Origin: the human T2T-CHM13v2.0 reference genome, Homo sapiens
Assembly (NCBI RefSeq): GCF_009914755.1
Contig: NC_060928.1
DNA length: 64,000 bases
Strand: one strand, 5' to 3'
A program made the translations under genes and the position numbers. Shown here piece after piece: positions 1 through 16,719 of this stretch. A model generated the notes under the pieces. That model saw nothing but the letters and a program-made list of their open reading frames with translations. It ran no database searches and was not told the DNA's origin. Position 1 is the first letter of the stretch. Each line of letters starts with the position of its first letter.

Positions 1-269
1 TAACTGCCCTGAGTTTACTCAGGTGGTGTGCGCTTCTCAACTAAACCACACCCCAGTCCTCCCACTTGAAAAATGTCAGAGAAAAATGAGCAAGGGAATG
101 GGTAGGCCACAGGAGGGTCTAAACATTTTGGTATCAGCCTGAACACTGCCTAACTACACTGATAAAATGATCAGAAAATAAATATTTAAATTGGATTGAT
201 CACGAAAAGAATTTTCTCAGTAAGTAGCAGGGGGTTAAAAATGATCAATTCAGCTACACACAAAATAAG

Positions 270-1046
270 TTTGGCAGGCAGCTCTAAAGAAACTCCCAAT
301 AATCCCCACTTCATCATATCCATGCTCCTGCATAATTCCCTTGCCTTGCACATGAGAAGAACCTAATAACTTGCTTTTAAGAAATAGAACATGGCTAAAG
401 TGATGGGATGTCACTTTCATGATTTTTTTTTTTTAATTTGGAAGTTAGATTTAATTAATTTTTTTTGCATTCCAGGACTTATGGAATTTTTTTTATTATT
501 ATTACACTTTAAGTTTTAAGGTACGTGTCCACAATGTGCAGGTTAGTTACATATGTATACATGTGCCATGCTGGTGTGCTGCACCCATTAACTCGTCATT
601 TAGCATTAGGTATATCTCCTAATGCTATCCCTCCCCCCTCCCCCCTCCCCCCACACCACAACAGTCCCCTTCCATCACCCTTTCTCTTACTGACACCCTT
701 GCCCTGGTTCCGATGAAGCCAATTACCACATTGTGAGATGTTCTGGGAAAGGACCACATGGCAAGGAAATAAGGGAGGCTTCTGACCAACAGCTTGTGAA
801 GAATTGAAACCTTAGTTACAAGTCAGCTGGAACAGAATCTTACCAACCACTATATTAGTGAGTTAAGAAGTGGATCCTTCCAGTAAAGCTCTGAGATGAG
901 GGCAGCATTGTGAAAATCTCAGGCCTGGAGGAGCCACCTAAGCCACACCTAGATTCTTGGTCCACAGAAACTGTAAGATGATAACATTGCTGTTTTATGC
1001 TACTAAGTTCTGGAGTAATTTGCAATGCAGCAATAGAAAACTAATA
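270..1046 (+). mobile_element. MaLR solo LTR (MLT1E/F-like), interrupted by an L1 3' fragment at 423-669
   Basis: Begins ggcaggcagctctaaag, contains gtgatgggatgtcactt, ends in typical MLT1 tail ctaagttctggagtaatttgcaatgcagcaatagaaaactaata. Confidence 0.75.
487..669 (-). mobile_element. Severely 5'-truncated young L1 (L1PA2/3-like) 3'UTR
   Basis: T-tract then the L1 3'UTR ctttaagttttaaggtac...actcgtcatttagcattagg...acaacagtcccc; GAG (not ACA) diagnostic and ggttagttac. Confidence 0.9.
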
Positions 1047-1071
1047 ATTTACATTACATATATATATATAT

Positions 1072-1984
1072 ATCTGGAAAAGGGTGATAAATGTTTTTTG
1101 GTTTACAACATATAATGGTGACTAGAGGTCACAAAGGGTCTGAAAATGTTTCCCTTTTCATGTAGTTGAGTGTGAATTTGGGAAGGTACAATTGTACTTC
1201 TTCTCTCTAGCATCATTGAAATGAAGCCTCTTTGAGCATCACATAGTTGTATATGTATCACACAGAGTGTATATATATATACATTCGCTGAAGTTTACAC
1301 ACCCAGGCACCTCCCCCAAAATTTCTTTCAGTCATTGCACACTAAGGATACTGTGGGGAGTAGGAATTCATCAAATTTAATTAAAACTTGAAAAGCATGG
1401 TGTTTCTTATGGAATATAAGGAGCTAACAAAATATACTTAAGAGTGTTTAACTGTTGGTTTTGAATTAACATAGTCCAACAAGCTTATTTGACAGGTGAA
1501 TAACAATTATTCTTTTTCCTGGAAGAAAAGGGCATTCTTGAAAAATCATGGAAAGCTTTGATTACCAACTTTCCATGACTAAACCTCAATACAAACCCAG
1601 AAGCTAAGAGTAGGCTGGAGAAGGCAATGCCAAGTTAATTATTAAATACAAAAATGGAAACTTGAAAGAGTTTAGGGAAGTGGAGCTGAACCTAGTAGCA
1701 AAATCAGAATTATGCATAGGAGCCAAGATCAGGAAGGCACTCTGAAAGGATTAGGTAGCATGGAACTGAGTTGCTAACAAGGAATAACTTAATTTTCCAA
1801 ACTGTGTGATGCTCAAAGAGGCTTCATTTCAATGATGCTAGAGAGAAGAAGTACAATTGTACCTTCCCAAATTCACATTCAACTACATGAAAAGGAAAAC
1901 ATTTTTAGACCCTTTGTAAGCCCTAGTCAGCATTATATTTTGTAGACCAAAAAAACATTTATTTATTATCACCCTTTTCCAGAT
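1072..1984. repeat. Long inverted repeat: arms 1072-1248 and 1800-1984, spacer ~550 bp
   Basis: Manual alignment of the left arm to the reverse complement of the right arm: about 10 substitutions and 2 indels over ~177 nt, with 1171-1243 perfect. Confidence 0.95.
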
Positions 1985-2124
1985 CTTTTCTATTTTTAAA
2001 ATTAATTTCTTCCCCCACACAGGTCTCAAATATAGTTTAGACCTTTAGAAAGCTTGTAAAAACTGAAAGATCTTGTCAACTCTGAAAACAGTGTATATGA
2101 TAGAATATTTGCTAACTACACAAA

Positions 2125-2353
2125 TTTCAACTCTGGCTGACTATATTAGAACCATATCCCTGCCACTTACCAGATGTGTGACCTTGAACATGTCATTTAA
2201 CTTATCTGAACCTGTCTCCTCATCTGAAAAATGGATATGATAATATTAGTTACCAATATAGGATAATTGTGAAGTTTAAATGAGTAAACATGTATAAAGA
2301 GCTCATAATAATATATGGCACCAAATAAGTTAAAGATAATTATGAATTGTATT
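2125..2353 (+). mobile_element. MIR SINE remnant
   Basis: MIR core-like ccacttaccagatgtgtgaccttgaacatgtcatttaacttatctgaacctgtctcctcatctgaaaaatgg. Confidence 0.75.
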
Positions 2354-2594
2354 AATCATATTATTATTATTACTTTTTATTTTATTATTATTATACTTTA
2401 AGTTTTAGGGTACATGTGCACAATGTGTAGGTTTGTTACATATGTATACATGTGCCATGTTGGTGTGCTGCACCCACTAACTCGTCATTTAGCATTAGGT
2501 ATATCTCCTACTGCTATCCCTCCCCCCTCCCCTGACCCCACAACAGTCCCCAGAGTGTGATGTTCCCCTTCCTGTGTCCATGTGTTCTCATTGT

Positions 2595-6426
<3,832 letters not shown>

Positions 6427-6489
6427 TATGAGGTTAGCTGGTTATTTTGCTCGTTAGTTGATGCAGTTTCTTCCTAGCCTTGATGGTCT

Positions 6490-7508
6490 TTACATTTTGG
6501 CATGTTTTTGCAGTGGCTGGTACCAGTTGTTCCTTTCCATGTTTAGTGCTTCCTTCAGGAGCTCTTTTAGGGCAAGCCTTGTGGTGACAAAATCTCTCAG
6601 CATTTGCTTGTCTGTAAAGTATTTTATTTCTCCTTCACTTATGAAGCTTAGTTTGGCTGGATATGAAATTCTGGGTTGAAATTTCTTTTCTTTAAGAATG
6701 TTGAATATTGGTCCCCACTCTCTTCTTGCTTGTAGAGTTTCTGCTGAGAGATCAGCTGTTAGTCTGATGGGCTTCCCTTTGTTGGTAACGCGACCTTTCT
6801 CTCTGGCTGCCCTTAACATTTTTTCCTTCATTTCAACTTGGGTGAATCTGACAATTATGTGTCTTGGAGTTGATCTTCTTGAGGAGTATCTTTGTGGCGT
6901 TCTCTGTATTTCCTGAATTTGAATGTTGGCCTGCCTTGCTAGATTGGGGAAGTTCTCCTGGATAATATCCTGGAGAGTGTTTTCCAACTTGGTTCCATTC
7001 TCTCCATCATTTTCATGTACACCAATCAGATGTAGATTTGGTCTTTTCACATAGTCCCATATTTCTTGGAGGCTTTGCTCATTTCTTTTTATTGTTTTTT
7101 CTCTAAACTTCCCTTCTCGCTTCATTTCATTCATTTCATCTTCCATCACTGATACCCTTTCTTCCTTTTGATCGCATTGGCTCCTGAGGCTTCTGCATTC
7201 TTCACATAGTTCTTGAGCCTTGGCTTTCAGCTCCATCAGCTCCTTTAAGGACTTCTCTGCATTGGTTATTCTAGTTATCCATTCGTCTAATTTTTTTTTT
7301 CAAAGTTTTTAACTTCTTTGCCATTGGTTTGAATTTCCTCCTGTAGCTCAGAGTAGTTTGATCGTCTGAAGCCTTCTTCTCTCAGCTCGTCAAAGTCATT
7401 TTCCGTCCAGCTTTGTTCCGTTGCTGGTGAGGAGCTGTGTTCCTTTGGAGGAGGAGGGGTGCTCTGCTTTTTAGAGTTTCCAGTTTTTCTGCTCTTTTTT
7501 TTCCCCAT
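6490..7508 (-). pseudogene. L1 ORF1p, frameshifted at the A-run near 7290-7300
   Basis: MGKK..RKTGNSK N-terminus (7287-7508) and 248-aa remainder with REKG, ARR and YPAKLS motifs. Confidence 0.93.
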
Positions 7509-7989
7509 CTCTGTGGTTTTATCTACTTTTGGTCTTTGATGATGGTGATGTACAGAAGGGTTTTTGGTGTGGATGTCCTTTCTGTTTGTTAGTTTTCCTT
7601 CTAACAGACAGGATCCTCAGCTTCAGGTCTGTTGGAGTTTGCTAGAGGTCAACTTCAGACCCTGTTTGCCTGGGTATCAGCGTGGTGGCTGTAGAACAGC
7701 GGATCTTGGTGAACCGCAAATGCTGCTGCCTGATCATTCCTCTGGAAGTTTTGTCTCAGAGGAGTACCCGGCTGTGTGAAGTGTCAGTCTGCCCTTACTG
7801 GGGGGTTCCTCCCAGTTAGGCTGCTCAGGGGTCAAGGACCCACTTGAGGAGGCAGTCTGCCCATTCTCAGATCTCCAGCTGTGTGCTGGGAGAACCACTA
7901 CTCTCTTCAAAGCTTAGATGAAAATGCAGATATCACCCGTCTCCTGAGTCACTTAGGCTGGGAGCTGTAGACTGGAGTTGTTCCTATTC

Positions 7990-7998
7990 GGCCATCTT
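7990..7998 (-). promoter_or_regulatory. YY1 site of the L1 internal promoter
   Basis: AAGATGGCC intact at the canonical L1 5' position. Confidence 0.75.
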
Positions 7999-8091
7999 GG
8001 CTCCACCTCTCTCTGGCCAATCATATTATTTTTATAAAATTGCCCTTGCTCATAGTTACCACCTTGAATCTATAAACGAATTATGATTTTT

Positions 8092-8378
<287 letters not shown>

Positions 8379-8394
8379 ACAAGTTATGATTTTT

Positions 8395-9866
8395 ATTATT
8401 TTATCTTATTTTGTTTATTTTATGTTCCAGGGTACCTGTGCAGGATGTACAGATTTGTTCCATAGGTAAATGTGTGCCATGGTGGTTTGCTCCACAGATC
8501 AAACCATCACCTTGGTATTAAGCGCAGCATACACTAGCTATTCTTCCTGATACTCTCCCTCCCCTCTTCCCTACACCTAACAGGGCCCAGTGTGTGTTGT
8601 CCACCCCTCCATGTATCCATGTGTTCTCATCATTCCACTCCTACTTACAAGTGAGAACATGAAGTGTTTGGTTTTCTCTTTCTGCATTAGTTTGCTGAGG
8701 ATAACAGCTTCCAGCTCCATCCATGTCCCTGCAAAGGACATGATCTTGTCCCCTTTTATGGCTCCATAGTATTCCATGGTATATATATGTATTACATTTT
8801 CTTTATCCAGTCTATTATTGATGGGCATTTGGGTTGATTCCATGTCTTTGCTATTGTGAATAGTGCTTCAGTGAACATATGCATACATGTATCTTTACAA
8901 TAGAATGATTTATATTCCTTTGGGTATATACCAAGGAATGTGATTGCTGGGTTAAATAGTATTTCTGCCTCTAGATGTTTGAGGAATTGCCACATTGCCT
9001 TACACAATGGTTGAACTAATTTACGTTCCCACCAACAGTGTAAAAGCATTCCTTTTTGTCTGCAACTTCTCCAGCATTTGTTGTTTTTTGGCTTTTTAAT
9101 AATTGCCATTCTGACTGACATGAGATGGTATCTCATTGTGGTTTTGATTTGCATTTTTCTAATGACCACTGATGTTGAGCTTTTTTTTTAATATATGTTT
9201 GTTGTTCACATGAATCTCTTCTTTTGAGAAATGTCTGTTCGTGTCCTTTGCCCCCTTTTTAATGGGTTTTTTTTTTCCTTGTAAATTTGTTTAAGTTCCT
9301 TGTAGACTCTGGATATTAGACCTTTGTCAAATGGACAGATTGCAAATTTTTTCTCTCATTCTGTAGGTTGTCTGTTCACTCTGATGACAGTTTCTCTTTC
9401 TGTGAAGTTCTTTAGTTTAATTAGATCCAATTTGTCAATTTTTGCTTTTGTTGCAATTTCTTTTGGCATTTTTGTCATGAAATCTTTGCCCGTGCTTTTG
9501 TCCTGAATTGTATTGCCTAGATTTTCTTCTAGGGTTTTTATAGTTTTGGGTTTACGTTTAGGTCTTTTATTCATTTTGAGTTAATTTTTGTATAGGATAT
9601 AAGGAAGGGATCCAGTTTCAGTTATCTGCATATGGCTAGCCAGTTCTCCCAGCACCATTTATTAAATAGGGAATTATTTTCCTATTGCTTGTTTTTGTCA
9701 GTTTTGTCAAAGATCAGATGGTTGTAGGTGTGCAGTCTCATCTCTGAGTTCTGTATTCTGTCCCATTGGTCTATGTGTGTTTTTGTACCAGTACCATGCT
9801 ATTTTGGGTACTGTAGCCTTGTAGTATAGTTTGAAGTTGGGTAGCATGATGCCTCCAGTTTTGTTC
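8395..9866 (-). mobile_element. 5'-truncated older L1PA (about L1PA10-13)
   Basis: ORF2 C-terminal fragments (8577-9574) and 3'UTR with cacagatcaaaccatcaccttggtattaag. Confidence 0.88.
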
Positions 9867-10348
9867 AAAAAGTTACGAATTTAGGATCATTGTGGCCAAA
9901 TGTTTGGCTAAAAAACCTGCTTATGACTTACAGCATTGGCTTTTTCGAGTGGTTATATAATATTCCATTTCTATTTACTTTGGAAATCTACTCATATTTT
10001 GTTTTTGGATCCAGACAGATTTTCTATGACTAATTCTAGTGTTTTAGACTGTTATTGGTAATTCCAAGAAATAGTTTACCCCCACAGTAAATGATTTTGT
10101 TTCAGTAGAGATCAACTGGAAGTCCTACACCATCAGCAGTTTCCCACTTTAAAGTCCTCTTTTGGCACCTTGCCTTCTCCCTGGAATGATGACTACTGGC
10201 TGCTATAGATATGAAACCTTTCATTCCCTGCTTCCCTACTATATATATAACACAAATACGATAAAAATTGAAGACCTATCTTAACTCCTTAGCTATCTCA
10301 CAAGCTACATTATTGTGCTAAAGTAGAAGTTTCTATTTAAAAAGTCAG

Positions 10349-11039
<691 letters not shown>

Positions 11040-12164
11040 TTACAGTAACAAAACTAAAACTGATCCAATGACAAATTCATATATCTCCCTGACATCTTTG
11101 TTTTCTTCTGCCTACTATGCTCCTTACCCTCTGGCATGATATTTTTTTTTAAAGAGATGAACTCAATGTCTAGATAGGTATTTCTAGGAAGATGAAACTT
11201 TGTACTTGAATGAATGACAGAATTAAATAAATGAACCCAAATTTTGATTATCTATTTCTGTCAGTCTACACCCAGCCTTTTCACAATCAGTCTTCTGTAG
11301 TTATCTTGGCCTGCTTTCTACTTAATGATGTTCAGGCTTACTGGTCACCCATGTGTAAATGTAATCATTTAGGGATAAACTCAGCCATGGCTTGGACTGC
11401 AGAAACTGTCTGAAATCTGAAACTGGAGGACCTATGAAATCCTAGAAAAATAGCACCTCTATTATCAAATTATTTTCTTCTTTTTGTCTTTCTCCAAAAT
11501 ACAAGAACCAGCTCTTAAAACAAATTCCTTATATAAGTTACTTTTTTTAAACCACTTTTTATGTTGAACACTGTGTCAAATACCTTGAATGGATTACTCA
11601 ATTTAATTCTCATAGTTACCTTAGGAGATATGTTGTTTTGTTTAGGTCATAATTTCTGTTTATTTCATATATATTTGAAATATATACAGATTTTCTCTGC
11701 AGAAGCGTAGGGAGAATTTAGATTTAACCTATTATGTGTTCATTTTAGTTCCCAGTATGTTCCTATATACATAAAATGTGTCCTCTGCCTTCAGAAAAAG
11801 GACTGTTTAATTATCCCTTGTATTTTTACCAGTTGGTTCCAGTTTGTCACATAGTTGATGGAGAGACTTAAATTTAATCTTACTGAAAGCAAAGAAAGAT
11901 GATTTAGGGATTTTCAGAAAGAAGAAACATTTTTGGAAAAAAGTTATTAATAGCAGTTTATACATTGTAGAACATAGCAGAGTTGCATATAACTATTGCA
12001 CAATTCATTTGTAGAAAAAATTTTATGGTTCAGTATACCATTTTAGCTTGTGGAAAAGTGATTTATATAATAGTTTAGTTTCTAATTTCTAATATTAAAT
12101 ATGCCATTTCAGATGATTTTTAAGAAATGAATTTACAAAATTTAGTATCCCTGAGGTGTCTATT

Positions 12165-12320
12165 CTCTCTACATCAGTTGTTTTGTGGCCTCAGAAAAGT
12201 TCGTACATCTTGATATGCCTCAGTTTCCACTATGAAATGGATGAAACAGTAATAATAACTTCTCATAAAATCGTAAACTTTACTATTCATAAAGTATTTA
12301 GAAGAATAATGTAAAAAGTA
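12165..12320 (+). mobile_element. MIR remnant
   Basis: tgcctcagtttccactatgaaatgg core-like motif. Confidence 0.5.
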
Positions 12321-12685
12321 CCACATATATTTTTACAGATTCATTTCTTTCAGGATACCTAATATGCATTATTTTAGAAACTGAGTTAAATTTATGAAAC
12401 CTATACTTTCAAAATCATTTCCCACTTGAAGTAAAACACATTCAGAAAAGTTCCTAAAGTATGTATGATTTTTGCTTCAATGAATTATCACAAATAAAAT
12501 ATCTATATTTCCTAGAACTCTTATGCCTGTCCCCATCATGATCACATCTCTTTTCCCAAAAGTAATGTCTATACTGACATGTAAAACTATATATTTATAG
12601 AGATATTCTCTCTCTCTCTAGAAGCTCTAACAATAAGCTTGAATTTTATAAGGGAGTTTCAGTTTCCACATAGCTTAAAATATCG

Positions 12686-12693
12686 TGTGTGTC

Positions 12694-12732
<39 letters not shown>
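12686..12732. repeat. (GT)n microsatellite
   Basis: Direct observation. Confidence 0.95.
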
Positions 12733-12733
<1 letters not shown>

Positions 12734-12739
12734 TACTTA

Positions 12740-13275
12740 AATGTTTTATTCTGGAAAATTTTGACTAATCAAAAAGTAGAGAAAGTATTGCAAAGAATTT
12801 TCATGTACCATAACTTAGCTACATAAATCATTCACACATGGCCAATCTTCCTTAAATTATATCCCCAGTTCACTGCTTCTATAATTTTTGAATAAAATCC
12901 AATATGTCATATTATTTCATCATTAAATATATTCAAAGTATCTTTAAAAGATAAGGGATTTTTAATAAGTAAAACCAAATATTGTATTATATATAAAACA
13001 TTATATATTTTAAAATATCACATATATACAATCATACATTTATTTTTCCCGCATGTAGAGTGTGTTGTGGGGGGTGGTCTGTGATGCTGAGGTTTTTGTC
13101 ATAAATTTGGAAACCAAGTCCACCGACTGCATTTGGATGACAGATTTCCTATGTCATTTTTAATCTATAGATTCTTCCTTCTATGATTAACTTTACCCTG
13201 CAATTAATTTGTTAAAATAACTGCATTACTTATACTGTAGCTTTTCACATTCTCATTTTTATTGATTGCATTCCT
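12740..13275 (-). mobile_element. Ancient L1M (L1MC5-like) 3' remnant
   Basis: Degenerate resemblance: ttttattctggaaaatttt...aaaagtagagaaagtat...catggccaatctt. Confidence 0.4.
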
Positions 13276-13389
13276 GCAGTGAGAATCACATTTCTTACAT
13301 GTCAAAATCCTCATGTAAAGTAAGAAAGAAATAATGCCGTAACATCTTCAGTTAATTGCATAAGGCCTGCTTACACAGAAATAAGCTCC

Positions 13390-13732
<343 letters not shown>

Positions 13733-14229
13733 TCAAAAGGGTCACATTCTCTTGTGGATACATAGAAGTTTTGTTTCCACGTGGATAATGTATGGAAGTG
13801 CAGGTTGTTTGAAAGGACAAATGTGGAAATTAATAGTGCTTTGATTTCTGCCTACACAGAATGAGTTTATTTGAAATACTATTATGTTTACAAAATGTTT
13901 ATGTACTCTTTACTGACAACTGTTGCTCTGGTGTTTGAAGGGCAATTCAGCTTCTGCTTTAGAAAATATTGGTGTTGAATTTTAAATGATTCTATAGTGT
14001 TTTATGTCATGTAGGCCATATGTACAATAGGATTTTAATTCATTCTTATAAAATCCTCATAGAATCAGATCAAGATTTTTGTAAAAAAACTTCTCTGTCC
14101 ACAGATTTAAGTCTTCATTCATATCCCCCACTCCTGGCTTATAACTTAGTCTCTTGCTTTAGTGAGAAGACTGACTTTTCTTTACTTGAACTCTTTGTAT
14201 GTGAGAAGATTGATAAATTTCAGTGAAAT

Positions 14230-14475
14230 ATGGAGCACAGTATTAGTGATTAAGTGCCTGGGAAATGTAGATCAATGATCTGGGCTTGGAGGAAGGCTAC
14301 ACCACTTGCAAGCTATATGACTGTAGATATATTACTAACACTGGATTTATCTCCTTTTCTATGAAGTGGGTTTAAAATTGTATTTCACGTCATAAGGTTA
14401 ATGTGACTATTAGCTGAGATATGTTTGCAAGGTTCTTGACACCTTCTCAGAAAAGTTCTCACTAAATGCTAACAG
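14230..14475 (+). mobile_element. MIR remnant
   Basis: Degenerate near-full-length MIR layout: gcacagtattagtgattaag...accacttgcaagctatatgac...ctcactaaatgct. Confidence 0.6.
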
Positions 14476-14701
14476 TATGACGCTATGATGATAAAAATCA
14501 CAATTTTGCAAGTAGTGTGATCATCTATTTTTCAGTTCATCCAACGCACCACTTGTAGATTAATTTCCTGGAGGTACATGTCTTATCACCAATTTGTTCC
14601 TTCAAAAATGTTTTATCTAATAGGTACTTTACATGAAGATTTGCTTTAGGAGCTGGAAACACAGAGATGAATAAGATAGGTTTCCCTTATTGAGTGGTTT
14701 A

Positions 14702-15306
14702 TGTGAGAAACAAACTTATGCATCCAAACACAAAGAATGGATTCAGAGACTTGGAGAATAGCGAAAGTGAGACTTTCAATGACGGTCCTGTGAGATTAGG
14801 TGTTTGATAGGCAAACACACCCAGCACAGTTTTAACAAGCAATTTAACCCCTAGTGTGCAGGTCCCTCCCCCAGTTCCTTATAGGCTGAGTATTATGGGG
14901 TCACAATCTTCCTGGACATCGCCTACTGATTGTTAGGTAGGGGTTTTAGGTGGTTGTTTTAGGGTTGTCTTGCTGCATTTTGTTTCCACCCACAATGCAT
15001 TGCAATTCTGGTTAGCTTAGGGGCTTTTCAAGTATTTGACTTATGACTTAAGTAGCCGGGCAGGCTGATAAGAACAGATAAAATGAGCTAATTTGCAGGC
15101 TAGTTAGCATTTATCTTAGACTAAACTTTTTTGGTTTGGGTGAGGGCAACTAAGGAGTGGGGAGTGGGGAGAGGGAGGCCGACAAGCAGGCCTTGGCTAT
15201 CCAAGCAGGGGCTTAGTACATCCTGTTTCTTCTGTAGTTTGCTGACCTAAGCTGATTCAAAGCACTTTGTCTTGGAAATGGACCACTGTACACATTATTT
15301 CCTTCA
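14702..15306 (-). mobile_element. ERV solo LTR (605 bp, family not assigned), inserted in an L2 remnant
   Basis: TG...CA termini and 5-bp TSD GTTTA at 14697-14701 / 15307-15311; degenerate polyA signal on minus strand near 14775. Confidence 0.8.
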
Positions 15307-15974
15307 GTTTACAACCTGCCTTTCATTTTATGAACCTTTCACTAACCCCTAATTGACTTAAGAATTGATTATAAAGCTCTTGTATTTAAGGTTGCCACAA
15401 TATGCTTAATACCAGCAAATTGACTTCATTTCTTACCACTACTTCATGAAGCACATGGACTCCTTATTCACCAAATGGTCTTAATTCTGTCATCCTTATG
15501 TGTAGGTACATGTGTTGTGCTTGTTCGGTCATCACTGCCTTAATATCTACAGCTCATTCTTCAAGTGCTATGTTATCCTTTGCTGAATCCTATAACTAAA
15601 TTTGAACTTTTATTTTTCTCTGAACCCCCTTAGCCTCAGTGCATATTTTTTAACAGCATGTATTCAGCCTTCTGACTTGCTTATGTAAACATTTGTGTTG
15701 TTTTCTGCCTCCCAACACAACTTAGCCATTATTATAAACTCCTTGAGTGTCATAACTATAACACATATATTTGGGAGCTTTTTAGCACCTAGCAACATGC
15801 TTGTACATAGTAATAGAGCAGTGGTTTTTAATTTGAATACAGGAAAATACATTCAATTACCATAGTAGCATCATACTGATGTTATTCTCTATTTTAATAC
15901 AATCCTATGAAGAAAGGGTTAATTTTCCTCATACAAAATAGTTATAACAAAATAGTTAACATATTTTGTTCTCT

Positions 15975-16460
15975 ATGGATGGCAGAATAAAGACTACTAC
16001 CATCCCACTGATATTCATTCTGGTTTTTTTCTTAATGAAGTTTCTAGCTGAGTACATGTCTGCCCAAATAAAGGCTAGACTTTTCCATTTCCCTTGCTGC
16101 CAGGTGTGTCAACATAATAGTGTTTGGGCCAATGAAATGGAAACAAAGTGATATGTATAATTTCCAGGTCATGCCCTTCAAGAGAAGATATGCACCCTCC
16201 CTTCCCTTGGATTCTTTTCCAGTGGCTGGAATATAGATGTGAGGATGAGATTTCTTGGAATGTGCACATGGGGGCAATACCTAGGGGACGGTTCGAATGG
16301 GAACAAGGCAAAAAGAGCCTGTGTGTTTGATCTCAGGGAGTCAGCAAACCAGCCTGGACTTCTTATGACCAAACTGTTAAGTGAAAGTAAAATTATCTCT
16401 TACTTTGATTTTTTGTTGTGCTTGTCAGTTATAGCAACCTAGCCCCCATCTGAAATAAAA
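15975..16460 (+). mobile_element. MaLR LTR (MLT1J-like)
   Basis: ttcccttgctgccaggtgtg...ggccaatgaaatgg...ttccaggtcatgccctt...accagcctggactt. Confidence 0.65.
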
Positions 16461-16586
16461 TTAGTTGTTTATAAACTAATTTTTAAATGTACATAGTTGA
16501 TGTATTTTTTTAGAGTAGTGATAGCTTTAGATAAACACACACGTCAGAATCCTAATGCAGAAACTTGAGAATAAATGAGCAGGTGT

Positions 16587-16590
<4 letters not shown>

Positions 16591-16620
<30 letters not shown>
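16591..16620. repeat. (AT)15 microsatellite
   Basis: Direct observation. Confidence 0.95.
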
Positions 16621-16623
<3 letters not shown>

Positions 16624-16719
16624 TGTGAAAACACTTTAATTACAAAAAGAAATAAAAACAAAAATTAGAATATGTTCTTGTAGAAAACTCTATTTTAAGT
16701 GTAAGTGAAAATATATTAA

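Noticed and set aside
1072-1984. DNA transposon or MITE interpretation of the inverted repeat
   Set aside because: No matching TSD, termini unlike Tc1/mariner or hAT ends I recognise, and arms too similar for an extinct human DNA transposon; not fully excluded without a Dfam search.
7564-7779. 71-aa ORF antisense to the L1 5'UTR, same length as ORF0
   Set aside because: ORF0 lies within the spliced-out 97-622 segment; this ORF is in the distal UTR, starts at TTG and does not resemble ORF0.
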